Origin: Candidatus Poribacteria bacterium | Lineage (GTDB): Bacteria > Poribacteria > WGA-4E > WGA-3G | DNA length: 64,000 nucleotides | Direction of reading: 5' to 3' | Assembly: GCA_965197475.1 (NCBI GenBank) | Contig: CBDANF010000003.1 | Span: 2,592,001-2,656,000 of the forward strand | Shown here: positions 19,022 through 28,329 of the stretch, one piece after another | Position numbering within the stretch: the first letter of the stretch is position 1 | How the letters are laid out: each line of letters begins with the position of its first letter | Notes under the pieces: generated by a model | Told to the model about the DNA's origin: nothing | Seen by the model: the letters and a program-made list of their open reading frames with translations, nothing else | Database searches by the model: none | Made by a program: the position numbers and the translations under genes

Positions 19022-20680
19022 TCACTTCTCCAGGACAATCCGCACTTCTGTCTCCACACTATCTTCACCAATATGGACATCAGCCGTAATCGGACCGAGA
19101 GACTCCAATGGAAACATATTTTGTGTGATATACTGTGTCATAACCGCGTCTATTTTTTGACCTGAAAGAGAAGCGAGCAACGGTGCAATTGGAAGTAATC
19201 GTTTTATTTCCGGCACCAATAGATGTGGCTGAATAAAGGTCTGCACACCATGATCAGAGAATGCTACGCCACTTAATGCGGGCGCGTCCTCTGAATTCGC
19301 ATCAAGCACAGATTTTAAACCACCAAGAGTCGTGCTAAAGAAAAAATGGTTATTGACAATTGCATATCCGCCAGTAAATGACAACAGAATATTGAGACGT
19401 AGCCGGACAGGTTGTACCGTTGTCCCTTTATAGTCTTGTTCATCAAGGAATTCAAGCGGTTTGCCAGCCACTAAAATTTTCGTATCATTTAGCCTTTCAA
19501 TATCTTCAGTAAATGCGGCTTGGTCTTGAATTGGCGCGTGCAAAACTAAAGAAGGAAATTTTGATACCTCACCCTCATTATGCGTGACTATTGCGAGGGT
19601 CATTTCTGTGTCTAAATGTTGGGAAAAACCATTCTTTTCTGTTTCAACCTCAATCGCCAAGTTTTCTTTTAACATTTTCCACGTTTTAGCCCAATCGTGA
19701 TGCGGATTGAATGTGACTAACGCTGTTTGTTCAGGAAGAAATGGAGGTTTCTGCTGTGCTCCTGACTTAGAAGGGACAAGTTTTTCCGGATTTCCAAAAC
19801 GATACCTTGAAATAATTACACCATCTTCATACCGATTGCCAAATGTCCAGAACACCTCTTTGCCGGACAGAGGGGAAATCTGTTCGATTAGCGGACGTAA
19901 ATTGTACCCCAGAGCTGTTAACACATCTGATAAATGAGGAACATCTAAATACCCTGTGTTTGTATCGTGGTCGTAACTGTCTTGTATATTCTTCTTTTTA
20001 GGATGTTGAACAAGGAAACCACTCTTTTTTCCAGCATAGATGTCAATCACCTCTGCTAATAGCAACGGATTGAGGCTTAAAACACCGATCTTCCCGATGA
20101 ATGTATAACTAAAATCAAGTGGATATCCAGTAATTGTGTTAATGATCAGACCGTTGTATTCAGTCTGAATCCGTTTGTATTGAGGATTAATTACATCGGT
20201 AGCGGTTATTGCTTCAATAGCAAGTTTTTCCGGTCCGCCCAATTCTGTGATGAGCAGAAACGAAAGTTCCTCTTCACGTTGATAAAGCGCGAGTATCGCT
20301 TCTGTTCCGAAGTGTCCGTTGACAGCTCCCATGTCAAGTTTACCACCCATTTCGTATTCCCACACCATCTTCTGATATACCAGTTGTCTCCACCAAAGTT
20401 GTTCTTTGATGTGGCTGAGGATCGGCATTTGCGCAGCCTGTTTCCCGAACTCACTTCGGTTAAATGTCTTGACAAGCCCCTCCAATTCCTTGAGCGTTAA
20501 ATAACAAATTGGAGATTCAGGGAGCAACGTGATAAGACTTTGATCAGGTTTCCAAAGGGCAGTCTGGTGATAGATAATGGATAGCAAAACGATTATGCCT
20601 ACCAATGCAATTAGGATGATGAAGATGAGTTTTTTTCTTGAAATTCGCATAACGGTTTGAAACCTGCTCTCATACTTCAA
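19022..20680 (-). CDS. Membrane-anchored hypothetical protein (DUF3352-like)
   Basis: N-terminal TM anchor followed by LITLLPESPICY; long ORF. Confidence 0.6.
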   Translation of the reverse strand: MKYESRFQTVMRISRKKLIFIILIALVGIIVLLSIIYHQTALWKPDQSLITLLPESPICYLTLKELEGLVKTFNRSEFGKQAAQMPILSHIKEQLWWRQLVYQKMVWEYEMGGKLDMGAVNGHFGTEAILALYQREEELSFLLITELGGPEKLAIEAITATDVINPQYKRIQTEYNGLIINTITGYPLDFSYTFIGKIGVLSLNPLLLAEVIDIYAGKKSGFLVQHPKKKNIQDSYDHDTNTGYLDVPHLSDVLTALGYNLRPLIEQISPLSGKEVFWTFGNRYEDGVIISRYRFGNPEKLVPSKSGAQQKPPFLPEQTALVTFNPHHDWAKTWKMLKENLAIEVETEKNGFSQHLDTEMTLAIVTHNEGEVSKFPSLVLHAPIQDQAAFTEDIERLNDTKILVAGKPLEFLDEQDYKGTTVQPVRLRLNILLSFTGGYAIVNNHFFFSTTLGGLKSVLDANSEDAPALSGVAFSDHGVQTFIQPHLLVPEIKRLLPIAPLLASLSGQKIDAVMTQYITQNMFPLESLGPITADVHIGEDSVETEVRIVLEK

Positions 20681-20782
20681 ATATAGTATCTATTATTGAT
20701 TATAGCACATCTGATGCTCAGTAGACAATCCAAAAAAATCGTTGTGTTATAGGGTAAACTGTTATAAAATTGTGTAGGAATT

Positions 20783-22708
20783 ATGCAACAAGGTGAACAA
20801 ATTTCTACAAAAACGCTCAAAATACGTCCATTCTCTATCCTCCTTATCTGTGTGTTAGTACCACTGAATTGTTGGTGGGTCGCTGCCTCAATTATGCGCG
20901 GCGGTGGCAGTCCAACACAGGTATCTCTTTTTTACAATGCTGTTTTTACTATATTAATTTTATTAGGTATTGGACTCCTTTTACGTCGTTTGAATCGAGT
21001 CCTTGAACTAAACCGCGCAGAGCTGCTTGTTATCTACACATGCATATCTATAGGTGCGGGACTCGCAGGTGTTGATAGATTCCTTGTGTTAATGCCGCTC
21101 ATCAGTCATGCACACTGGTTTGCCACCCCAGAAAATGACTGGATAAACCTGTTTCATCTACACATTCCAGATTGGTTAGTTGTCAGCAACAAACGTGTAC
21201 TTGAAGGGTACTATTACGGGTTTTCCAGTATTTACGAATCTCACAACCTAATTGCTTGGATACCCAAGATTTTATGGTGGACACTCTTTATTGTTGCTGT
21301 CCATCTCGTTATGTTATGTTTGAGTTTGATATTTCGGAAGCAATGGGTTGAATCCGAACGACTCAGCTATCCCATCATCCAACTGCCGTCCGAAATGACA
21401 ACACCCAATGGTGGATTTTTCCGATCCCCTTGGATGTGGATAGGGTTAGCAATTGGTGTATCAATTGATATTATCAACGGATTAAACTATCTGTTTCCTG
21501 CTGTGCCAAGCCTTGGTGGTAAACTATTTGACTTACGCCAAATTTTTACGGAACGACCGTGGAACGGCATTGGATGGAGTCCTATCGGTGTTTTTCCATT
21601 CGGTGTAGGTCTTTCATTCTTCATACCGCTTGATCTTTCCTTCTCATGTTGGGCATTCTGGTTAATTTGGCGAGCGGAGCGGTTGTTAGGGACAATGGCG
21701 GGATGGCGAGGTCTGCCGCGCTTTCCTTATGAAGCAGAGCAATCGCATGGAGCGTATCTTGGGTTGTGTGTTCTTGCTATCTGGATGAATAGACGGTATT
21801 TAAAGCAGGTTACTCACAGCATTTTCACGAGGAAAAACAATCTTCATCCAAGAGAATCACCGAGTCAGGATGAACCTATTTCATACAGGTTCATTCTTAT
21901 AGCACTGATTGCTGGTTCCTCCTTTATCGTAGGATTTTGCCTCAAGATGGGGATGAGTCTTTGGATAATCATTGTCTATTTTGCAATATGGTTTGCAATA
22001 GCAATGGCAATTACTCGCCTTCGTGCAGAACTCGGTTCACCTGTGCATGATTTGCACTTTATCGGTCCAGACGAGATGTTACCAAGATTAGTCGGAATCC
22101 GTAGACTGGGTGCAGTGAACCTGACCAGTTTCGCCTATCTCTATTTTCTCAACCGTGCCCACCGTTCTCACGCAATGCCGCATCAACTTGAGGGGTTCAA
22201 ACTTGCAGAAGGCGCAAAAATTCCGATAAAAAAGTTCGCGATGCTTATGATGTTAGCATCTGCATTAGGTGCGATCGGTTCATTTTGGGTATTTCTTTCA
22301 ATGTATTACGCAGAAGGTGGTGTCGCGGGTTTTGGTAGAGAATCCTTTGGTCGACTGGAGTCTTGGTTAACATACGCTGCACCACCAGATGTTCCTGCAA
22401 TAGGTTTTGCAATATTCGGATTTGTAGCGACACTTGTTCTCGCCGCAATACGGATGCGGTTTATCTGGTGGAATCTACATCCTGTTGGATATGCCATATC
22501 TGGAAGCTGGGCAATCAATCCCATGATAGGATCAATTTTTGTTGGATGGCTACTGAAGTGGCTTGTACTCAAATATGGTGGTATTCGTCTACATCGAAAA
22601 GCGATACCGTTTTTTCTCGGAATTGTCCTGGGTGAATTCGTAATAGGTGCGTTCTGGAGTTTATTGGCAGTTGCATTGGATCAACCGATGTACCGTTTCC
22701 TGTTTTAG
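20783..22708 (+). CDS. Polytopic membrane protein (DUF6785/DUF6784-like putative transporter)
   Basis: Many TM helices; RKQWVESERLSYPI, RLRAELG, WWNLHPVGY, PFFLGIVLGEF. Confidence 0.7.
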   Translation: MQQGEQISTKTLKIRPFSILLICVLVPLNCWWVAASIMRGGGSPTQVSLFYNAVFTILILLGIGLLLRRLNRVLELNRAELLVIYTCISIGAGLAGVDRFLVLMPLISHAHWFATPENDWINLFHLHIPDWLVVSNKRVLEGYYYGFSSIYESHNLIAWIPKILWWTLFIVAVHLVMLCLSLIFRKQWVESERLSYPIIQLPSEMTTPNGGFFRSPWMWIGLAIGVSIDIINGLNYLFPAVPSLGGKLFDLRQIFTERPWNGIGWSPIGVFPFGVGLSFFIPLDLSFSCWAFWLIWRAERLLGTMAGWRGLPRFPYEAEQSHGAYLGLCVLAIWMNRRYLKQVTHSIFTRKNNLHPRESPSQDEPISYRFILIALIAGSSFIVGFCLKMGMSLWIIIVYFAIWFAIAMAITRLRAELGSPVHDLHFIGPDEMLPRLVGIRRLGAVNLTSFAYLYFLNRAHRSHAMPHQLEGFKLAEGAKIPIKKFAMLMMLASALGAIGSFWVFLSMYYAEGGVAGFGRESFGRLESWLTYAAPPDVPAIGFAIFGFVATLVLAAIRMRFIWWNLHPVGYAISGSWAINPMIGSIFVGWLLKWLVLKYGGIRLHRKAIPFFLGIVLGEFVIGAFWSLLAVALDQPMYRFLF

Positions 22709-22784
22709 ATTTCTCCGTTAAAAGCGTTGCGATTTTTTCTTTTTGTGATATAATATTGAAAACGTAAGGCATGGTGGCAGATAA

Positions 22785-23453
22785 TTGGAATTATATCAGA
22801 AAGCAGAAATCATTTCAGACACACTTGAAAATTTACTTGGTATTCCAAAATGGGATGGTACGGAAGATGTCTTGGAATGCCTCATCTTGACCATTTTGTC
22901 TCAAAATACCACTGATGTTAGCCGAGATAAGGGGTACGTCCAACTTCGAGAAAAATTTCCTACTTGGGAAGATGTATTGCATGCTGATGCCGACGCTGTT
23001 GAGGCGACAATAAAGATTGTGGGGTTAGGAAAACAGAAAACTGAGACGATAAAAAACTTTCTTTCTTGGCTTAAAACCGAATATGGAGAGTTATCGTTAG
23101 AGTTTATCCACGACATGAAAACAGAGGATGCATTAGAATTCCTTTGTCAGCATAAGGGTATCGGCATCAAAACTGCTTCTGTTACACTCTCTTTCGCATG
23201 TGGCAGAGAAGTTTTTCCTGTTGACACACATATTCTACGGATATCCAAACGTCTTGGACTTATCCCGCCGAATTGTAGCGCGGAGAAGGCACATTATGAG
23301 TTACCACCAATTGTACCGAAGGGAAAAACATACCCCTTTCACATGAACCTGATATATTTCGGTAGACAGATTTGTAATGCCAGAAAACCTTTGTGTGAAC
23401 AGTGTCCTTTAACGCAACACTGTCTTTACTTTAAAGAGAACTCGCAAGCTTAG
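22785..23453 (+). CDS. nth: Endonuclease III-like HhH-GPD glycosylase with a 4Fe-4S cluster
   Basis: ILSQNTTD, GIGIKTA, FPVDTHILR, C-x6-C-x2-C-x5-C. Confidence 0.88.
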   Translation: MELYQKAEIISDTLENLLGIPKWDGTEDVLECLILTILSQNTTDVSRDKGYVQLREKFPTWEDVLHADADAVEATIKIVGLGKQKTETIKNFLSWLKTEYGELSLEFIHDMKTEDALEFLCQHKGIGIKTASVTLSFACGREVFPVDTHILRISKRLGLIPPNCSAEKAHYELPPIVPKGKTYPFHMNLIYFGRQICNARKPLCEQCPLTQHCLYFKENSQA

Positions 23454-23482
23454 ATTGTGCTTGCATTTATCGGAGACAGAGT

Positions 23483-25720
23483 ATGTTTAATTGGAGAAAT
23501 CTATCATGGAAACACCTATTTGTTGTGTTGTTGATATTACATCTCCTACCGATTTGGATTTTTGCCTACTTTCCCACTCAAGATGGTCCTAGCCACGTTT
23601 ACAACGCATTGGTACTGAAGGAATATTCTGATCACGCAAACTATAAAATGCAGGATGCGTGGAAACTCAATATCACCATCTTTCCGAACTGGCTATCTCA
23701 CATCGTGCTCGCTGCACTCCTCTACATTTTTCCACCTGTGATGTCTGAGAAGGTTCTCTTAACAATCGCAATCGGGATGATCCCTATCTCTTTTTTCTAT
23801 TTTCTTAACGCTGTTCACAAAGAAAAAAAGGATAGGTTTATGTTCGCTTGGCTCGGTTTTCCGTTTGCATACAACTACCTCCTCTACATGGGATTTTACA
23901 ATTTCACCCTCAGTATTGCGTTTTTCTTCTTCAGTTTCGGTTTCTGGTGGAAGCACAAGGACAACATACAGATAAAACATCTTAGCATACTTTATATCTT
24001 GTTGCTGCTCACCTATCTGTCGCACATTGTATCATTTGGATTAGTCGTGTTAGGAATCTCTGTGGCAGCGGGATGTATCTGGGGCTGCGAAGCATTAGTA
24101 GAAGCATGGCGAGCGCGAACTGAACGTGTTGGTATTATAACCAAGAAATTCATTGTTGATCTCAAGCCATTTTTCCAATTCTGTTTTTACATGATCCCGA
24201 TATATTTTGTGTTGATGGAATATTACCTACAGAGTCTGAAACAACATCAGACAGGCAGTCATAGAGGCATGGAATGGATTTGGGAATACTTTTTAGGTGT
24301 TAAGTCAATAGTCTATTTTACCGATTGGCATATTCCTGTTAACTATTTCCTGCTTGCCATTTTAGGCTTCGCAATTTTGATCTCTGTCGTATACAGAATT
24401 TTCCGAAAGCAATGGGTGAAACGAACCGATGTGTTTTTGCTGATTGCGATTCTGTTTACCTATATGTTTATCAAGGCTCCTTGGGGTTATGGACCGGGTG
24501 GGTGGATTAACGACCGAATTCACATATACATTCTACTTATATTGGCACCCTGGTTAATCACGGATTTTAGAAAGCCATCTGAGATGCCACCTGATACGAA
24601 TTTGCATCCCTATCGACCTAAGCTCGTTCCATGGTTGGTCCCGGATATACACAAGATCTTATGTTCCGGTATCACTACATGGCTCGTAATTTTCACCTTA
24701 ATCCATTTCGGCAGAACTGCCTACGACCATGGACGTATCTCCCCAGAGATGGCTGAACTTGTATCAGGGGCAAAATTAATAGAACCCCATACAACTTTTA
24801 ACCATCGGTCTGGAGGTTGGCATAAATCTGAATTCCAGTTTGGACACTACAATAAAACTGAGAAAAAAATGGAAATGCGGAATGAAATCAAATATGTTAC
24901 GCCATTTGTTCATTCCACTGCCTTTTATGGCGTATATGCTGATGATGTTGTCCACATGGCAAACTATGAAGCTAACTATGACTACTTTCCAGTAAATCGT
25001 AACAACAAAGATAGCGCGCCATTAGATTATATTCGCGCAGATTATGTTGTCGCTTGGTACTATCCAGAAACCGAGATGTTTGCGGACCTTATACCAAATT
25101 ATGACATTATCCATGAAACTGAACGTCTTAAACTATTCAAAAGAAAAACGCAAGAACCGGCACTTGAGCTTTGGGATAAGACAGAGGAGGGTAATCCGAT
25201 TATCCGATTTGATATGCAACCTGACAGTGCTGAAGCCGAAGAGAACTACCACATTGTCGGACCAAAAACAATGTATCAGGATGGTAAATTCGGGTGGGAT
25301 ACTGAGTGGAATCTGAGGGATCCGTTGAAGACCACAAACTGGAGAATCTCGCCGCGTGCAGCGTATCTCGGACCAGAGGGACCCACCCCACTCGCAAGAG
25401 ATGCTGTTTTTGGTAAAGAAGATGCTGCTTTCAGACTTGACCTACCTAATGGTACATATCGCATTACCAACATCTTTCAGTCCGCAGAAGCTGCAACACA
25501 CGAAGTCAATATGTTGGCAAATGGAAAACTTATCATAAAAAAACTTATAGTACCGCCTCACAACGAAAGGGCTGAAAAAGTTGCCACTGTTGAGGTGGAA
25601 AATGGTTATCTCGTCCCCGTAATTTTCACGTCAAAGAAGCGGATAGAGACCGGTAAAAGACACATCCATTGGATATGGAACGGATGTATTGTTGAACAGA
25701 TTACTTCAGATGATGAATAG
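23483..25720 (+). CDS. Multi-pass membrane protein (GT-C-like) with a C-terminal carbohydrate-binding-like domain
   Basis: PTQDGPSHVYN, MGFYNF, many TM helices; C-terminal FDMQP...FGW...RD...FRLDLPNGTYRIT. Confidence 0.6.
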   Translation: MFNWRNLSWKHLFVVLLILHLLPIWIFAYFPTQDGPSHVYNALVLKEYSDHANYKMQDAWKLNITIFPNWLSHIVLAALLYIFPPVMSEKVLLTIAIGMIPISFFYFLNAVHKEKKDRFMFAWLGFPFAYNYLLYMGFYNFTLSIAFFFFSFGFWWKHKDNIQIKHLSILYILLLLTYLSHIVSFGLVVLGISVAAGCIWGCEALVEAWRARTERVGIITKKFIVDLKPFFQFCFYMIPIYFVLMEYYLQSLKQHQTGSHRGMEWIWEYFLGVKSIVYFTDWHIPVNYFLLAILGFAILISVVYRIFRKQWVKRTDVFLLIAILFTYMFIKAPWGYGPGGWINDRIHIYILLILAPWLITDFRKPSEMPPDTNLHPYRPKLVPWLVPDIHKILCSGITTWLVIFTLIHFGRTAYDHGRISPEMAELVSGAKLIEPHTTFNHRSGGWHKSEFQFGHYNKTEKKMEMRNEIKYVTPFVHSTAFYGVYADDVVHMANYEANYDYFPVNRNNKDSAPLDYIRADYVVAWYYPETEMFADLIPNYDIIHETERLKLFKRKTQEPALELWDKTEEGNPIIRFDMQPDSAEAEENYHIVGPKTMYQDGKFGWDTEWNLRDPLKTTNWRISPRAAYLGPEGPTPLARDAVFGKEDAAFRLDLPNGTYRITNIFQSAEAATHEVNMLANGKLIIKKLIVPPHNERAEKVATVEVENGYLVPVIFTSKKRIETGKRHIHWIWNGCIVEQITSDDE

Positions 25721-25839
25721 ACTTCTATTGAATATTTCACTGCAGATTTCTATAGATTTTATGTGAATCTTAAATCACTGATACACACTAACTACTGTGA
25801 TTCTTATAATTTCAGAATTGAATGTACAAGGAGAACTCA

Positions 25840-27045
25840 ATGATTAAACCACATGGAGCTGAAACCCTAACACCGCTTTACGTTTCGGATGATGCGCAAC
25901 GCGCCGAACTGACTAAGGAGGCGGCACAACTTCTGTCTGTTTTAGTCTCGTCTGGTGCCGCTGCATCAGCCGTGATGCTTGCATCGGGATATTTCACACC
26001 GCTGACAGGATACATGAACATCGCTGAAGCCACAAGCGTTGCTTCTGACATGAAACTACCCGATGGACTCTTTTGGCCCGTTCCCATCATGAACATTGTT
26101 CCTACGGATCAACTTGCGTGCTTACAAAGCGCGCCTACCGGTTTGGGCGAGGGAGACCGAATTGCACTGCGCGATCCGAACGTTGAAGGCAATCCTCCAC
26201 TAGCGGTTATGAAGGTTTCGGCAATTGAAACGTTTTCGCCAGAACAGAAACAACTCATCATTGAAAGGACCTTCGGAACAACCGATCCTGAGCATCCTGG
26301 TGTTCCTGCTTTCGCTGATGTTGGCGATCATGTCCTCTCCGGTTCAATTGAAGTTCTCAACTATTCTTATTTTCCTGCGGACTTCCCTGACACATTCCGA
26401 ACAGCCGTTGAAATCCGCGAAGACATTGTGGCGCGCGGATGGGAAAAGGTTGTTGCTTTTCAGACGCGTAACCCGATGCACCGTGCACATGAAGAGCTCT
26501 GTAAGATTGCACAGAGAGAAGTCAACGCTGATGGTGTGCTAATTCACATGCTTCTTGGCAAACTAAAGCCAGGTGATATTCCTGCTGCTGTGCGTGATGC
26601 CGCCATCCGTACTATGGTCCAACGCTATTTTCCTGAGAATACCGTCTCTATTACCGGCTACGGGTTTGATATGCTTTACGCGGGACCACGGGAGGCACTG
26701 CTACACGCTGTTTTCCGGCAGAACTGTGGCGCATCACACTTCATTGTCGGACGCGACCATGCAGGGGCAGGCAAATTCTACGGACCTTTTGACGCGCAAA
26801 CAATCTTTGATGAAATCCCCGCGGATGCCTTAGAAATTGATATTTTCCGAGGCAACTGGACGATGTGGTGTAATAAGTGCAATGAAATCATCATGATGGG
26901 AAATTGCCCACACGGAAACGATGATTATTTCGCTATTTCAGGAACAAAGCTACGGGAAATTCTTGCAGCAGGCGAGCAACCTCCACCCGAAATCACAAGA
27001 CCTGAAGTCGCTGATATTCTGATGGCGTATTATCAGAGCGAGTAA
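25840..27045 (+). CDS. sat: Sulfate adenylyltransferase (ATP sulfurylase)
   Basis: MIKPHG, FQTRNPMHRAHE, YAGPREA, IVGRDHAG, SGTKLRE. Confidence 0.96.
   Translation: MIKPHGAETLTPLYVSDDAQRAELTKEAAQLLSVLVSSGAAASAVMLASGYFTPLTGYMNIAEATSVASDMKLPDGLFWPVPIMNIVPTDQLACLQSAPTGLGEGDRIALRDPNVEGNPPLAVMKVSAIETFSPEQKQLIIERTFGTTDPEHPGVPAFADVGDHVLSGSIEVLNYSYFPADFPDTFRTAVEIREDIVARGWEKVVAFQTRNPMHRAHEELCKIAQREVNADGVLIHMLLGKLKPGDIPAAVRDAAIRTMVQRYFPENTVSITGYGFDMLYAGPREALLHAVFRQNCGASHFIVGRDHAGAGKFYGPFDAQTIFDEIPADALEIDIFRGNWTMWCNKCNEIIMMGNCPHGNDDYFAISGTKLREILAAGEQPPPEITRPEVADILMAYYQSE
26116..26142 (+). repeat. REP-like palindrome lying in-frame inside sat (ACLQSAPTG)
   Basis: GCGTGCTTACAAAGCGCGCCTACCGGT matches the intergenic copies at 7612 and 49689. 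Confidence 0.75.
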
Positions 27046-27105
27046 ATTGAGATTTAAAAGCATAGATTTATCAATACTCTCGAAATAACAAAGGCAAGAG
27101 GCACA

Positions 27106-28329
27106 GTGGAAGCCATCCTATATTCCAAAAACATTCCCCGTTATCTCGCAATACGCTATCTTGGCAAAAGGTGGCGAAGTCTCTATACGTCCGCAGCCTC
27201 ATGCGTACGGCTTGTGGATATACCTGAGCCACAACTACCAACCTCTCAATGGGTCAAAATCAAAACACGACTCAGTGGTATCTGCGGCTCCGATTTGGCA
27301 ACGATTACTGCAAAGGGCAGTACCTATTTTTCACCTTTCACATCAACACCTTTTGTGTTAGGACATGAGATCGTCGGTGATATAGCGGAGATCGGTGATG
27401 CGGTTGAAGGTAGGTCTATTGGTGATAGAGTGGTAATTGAACCTGCGCTATCTTGTCGGGTGCGGGAGATTGATCCGCCGTGCCATCAGTGCCAAAACTT
27501 ATGTTTCGCCAACTGTGAAAATATAACAAAAGGAAGTATCTCCGCAGGGATTCAAACGGGGTATTGTCAGGATACAGGAGGTGGGTGGAGTCAATATGTC
27601 CTGGCACATCAATCACAACTCCACCTTGTTCCTGGTGATATATCTGACGAATTGGTGGTGCTACTTGAACCGTTCGCGTGTGCGTTACACGGCGTTTTGC
27701 GGGCTGAAATTGGGGAAAGCGATGAAATCTGTATAATCGGGGGTGGGACCATCGGGTTGCTCACCGTCGCTGCACTTCGGATGCTCGGACATCAAAACCG
27801 AATCCTTATTTTTGCCAAATATCCACATCAACAGGAATTTGCACGCGATTTCGGTGCAGATATGGTGATACCAGCAAATAGAAGTCAATACGCCGCTTTC
27901 TGTGAATTGACAGATGCGGAATCTTATCAACCCGAACTCGGACAACAAATTTTACTGGGAGGGGTAGATATTACCTTTGACTGTATCGGCTCCAGCGTTA
28001 CAATAGACGATGCGCTACGTTTCACGCGGGCAGGTGGCGAGGTCATCCTACTCGGTATGCCGGGGATACCGAAAAACATTGACTGGACATCTATCTGGTA
28101 TAAGCAGTTACGTGTAAGGGGTGCGTATACTTATGGCATAGAATCGTATAAAGCGGAACAGATACACACATTTCAGCTCGGATTGCGTCTATTACAGGAA
28201 CACGGAGAACAATTACTTCCATTGGTCGGCACTCCATTTCCTTTACGAGACTACAAACGCGCAATTCAGACTGCCCTTAACACCGGAAAAACTTCTACTG
28301 TCAAAACCGTTTTTGACTTGCGGACATGA
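27106..28329 (+). CDS. Zinc-dependent alcohol dehydrogenase (MDR family)
   Basis: GICGSD, LGHE, structural Zn cysteines, GGGTIG. Confidence 0.9.
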   Translation: MEAILYSKNIPRYLAIRYLGKRWRSLYTSAASCVRLVDIPEPQLPTSQWVKIKTRLSGICGSDLATITAKGSTYFSPFTSTPFVLGHEIVGDIAEIGDAVEGRSIGDRVVIEPALSCRVREIDPPCHQCQNLCFANCENITKGSISAGIQTGYCQDTGGGWSQYVLAHQSQLHLVPGDISDELVVLLEPFACALHGVLRAEIGESDEICIIGGGTIGLLTVAALRMLGHQNRILIFAKYPHQQEFARDFGADMVIPANRSQYAAFCELTDAESYQPELGQQILLGGVDITFDCIGSSVTIDDALRFTRAGGEVILLGMPGIPKNIDWTSIWYKQLRVRGAYTYGIESYKAEQIHTFQLGLRLLQEHGEQLLPLVGTPFPLRDYKRAIQTALNTGKTSTVKTVFDLRT

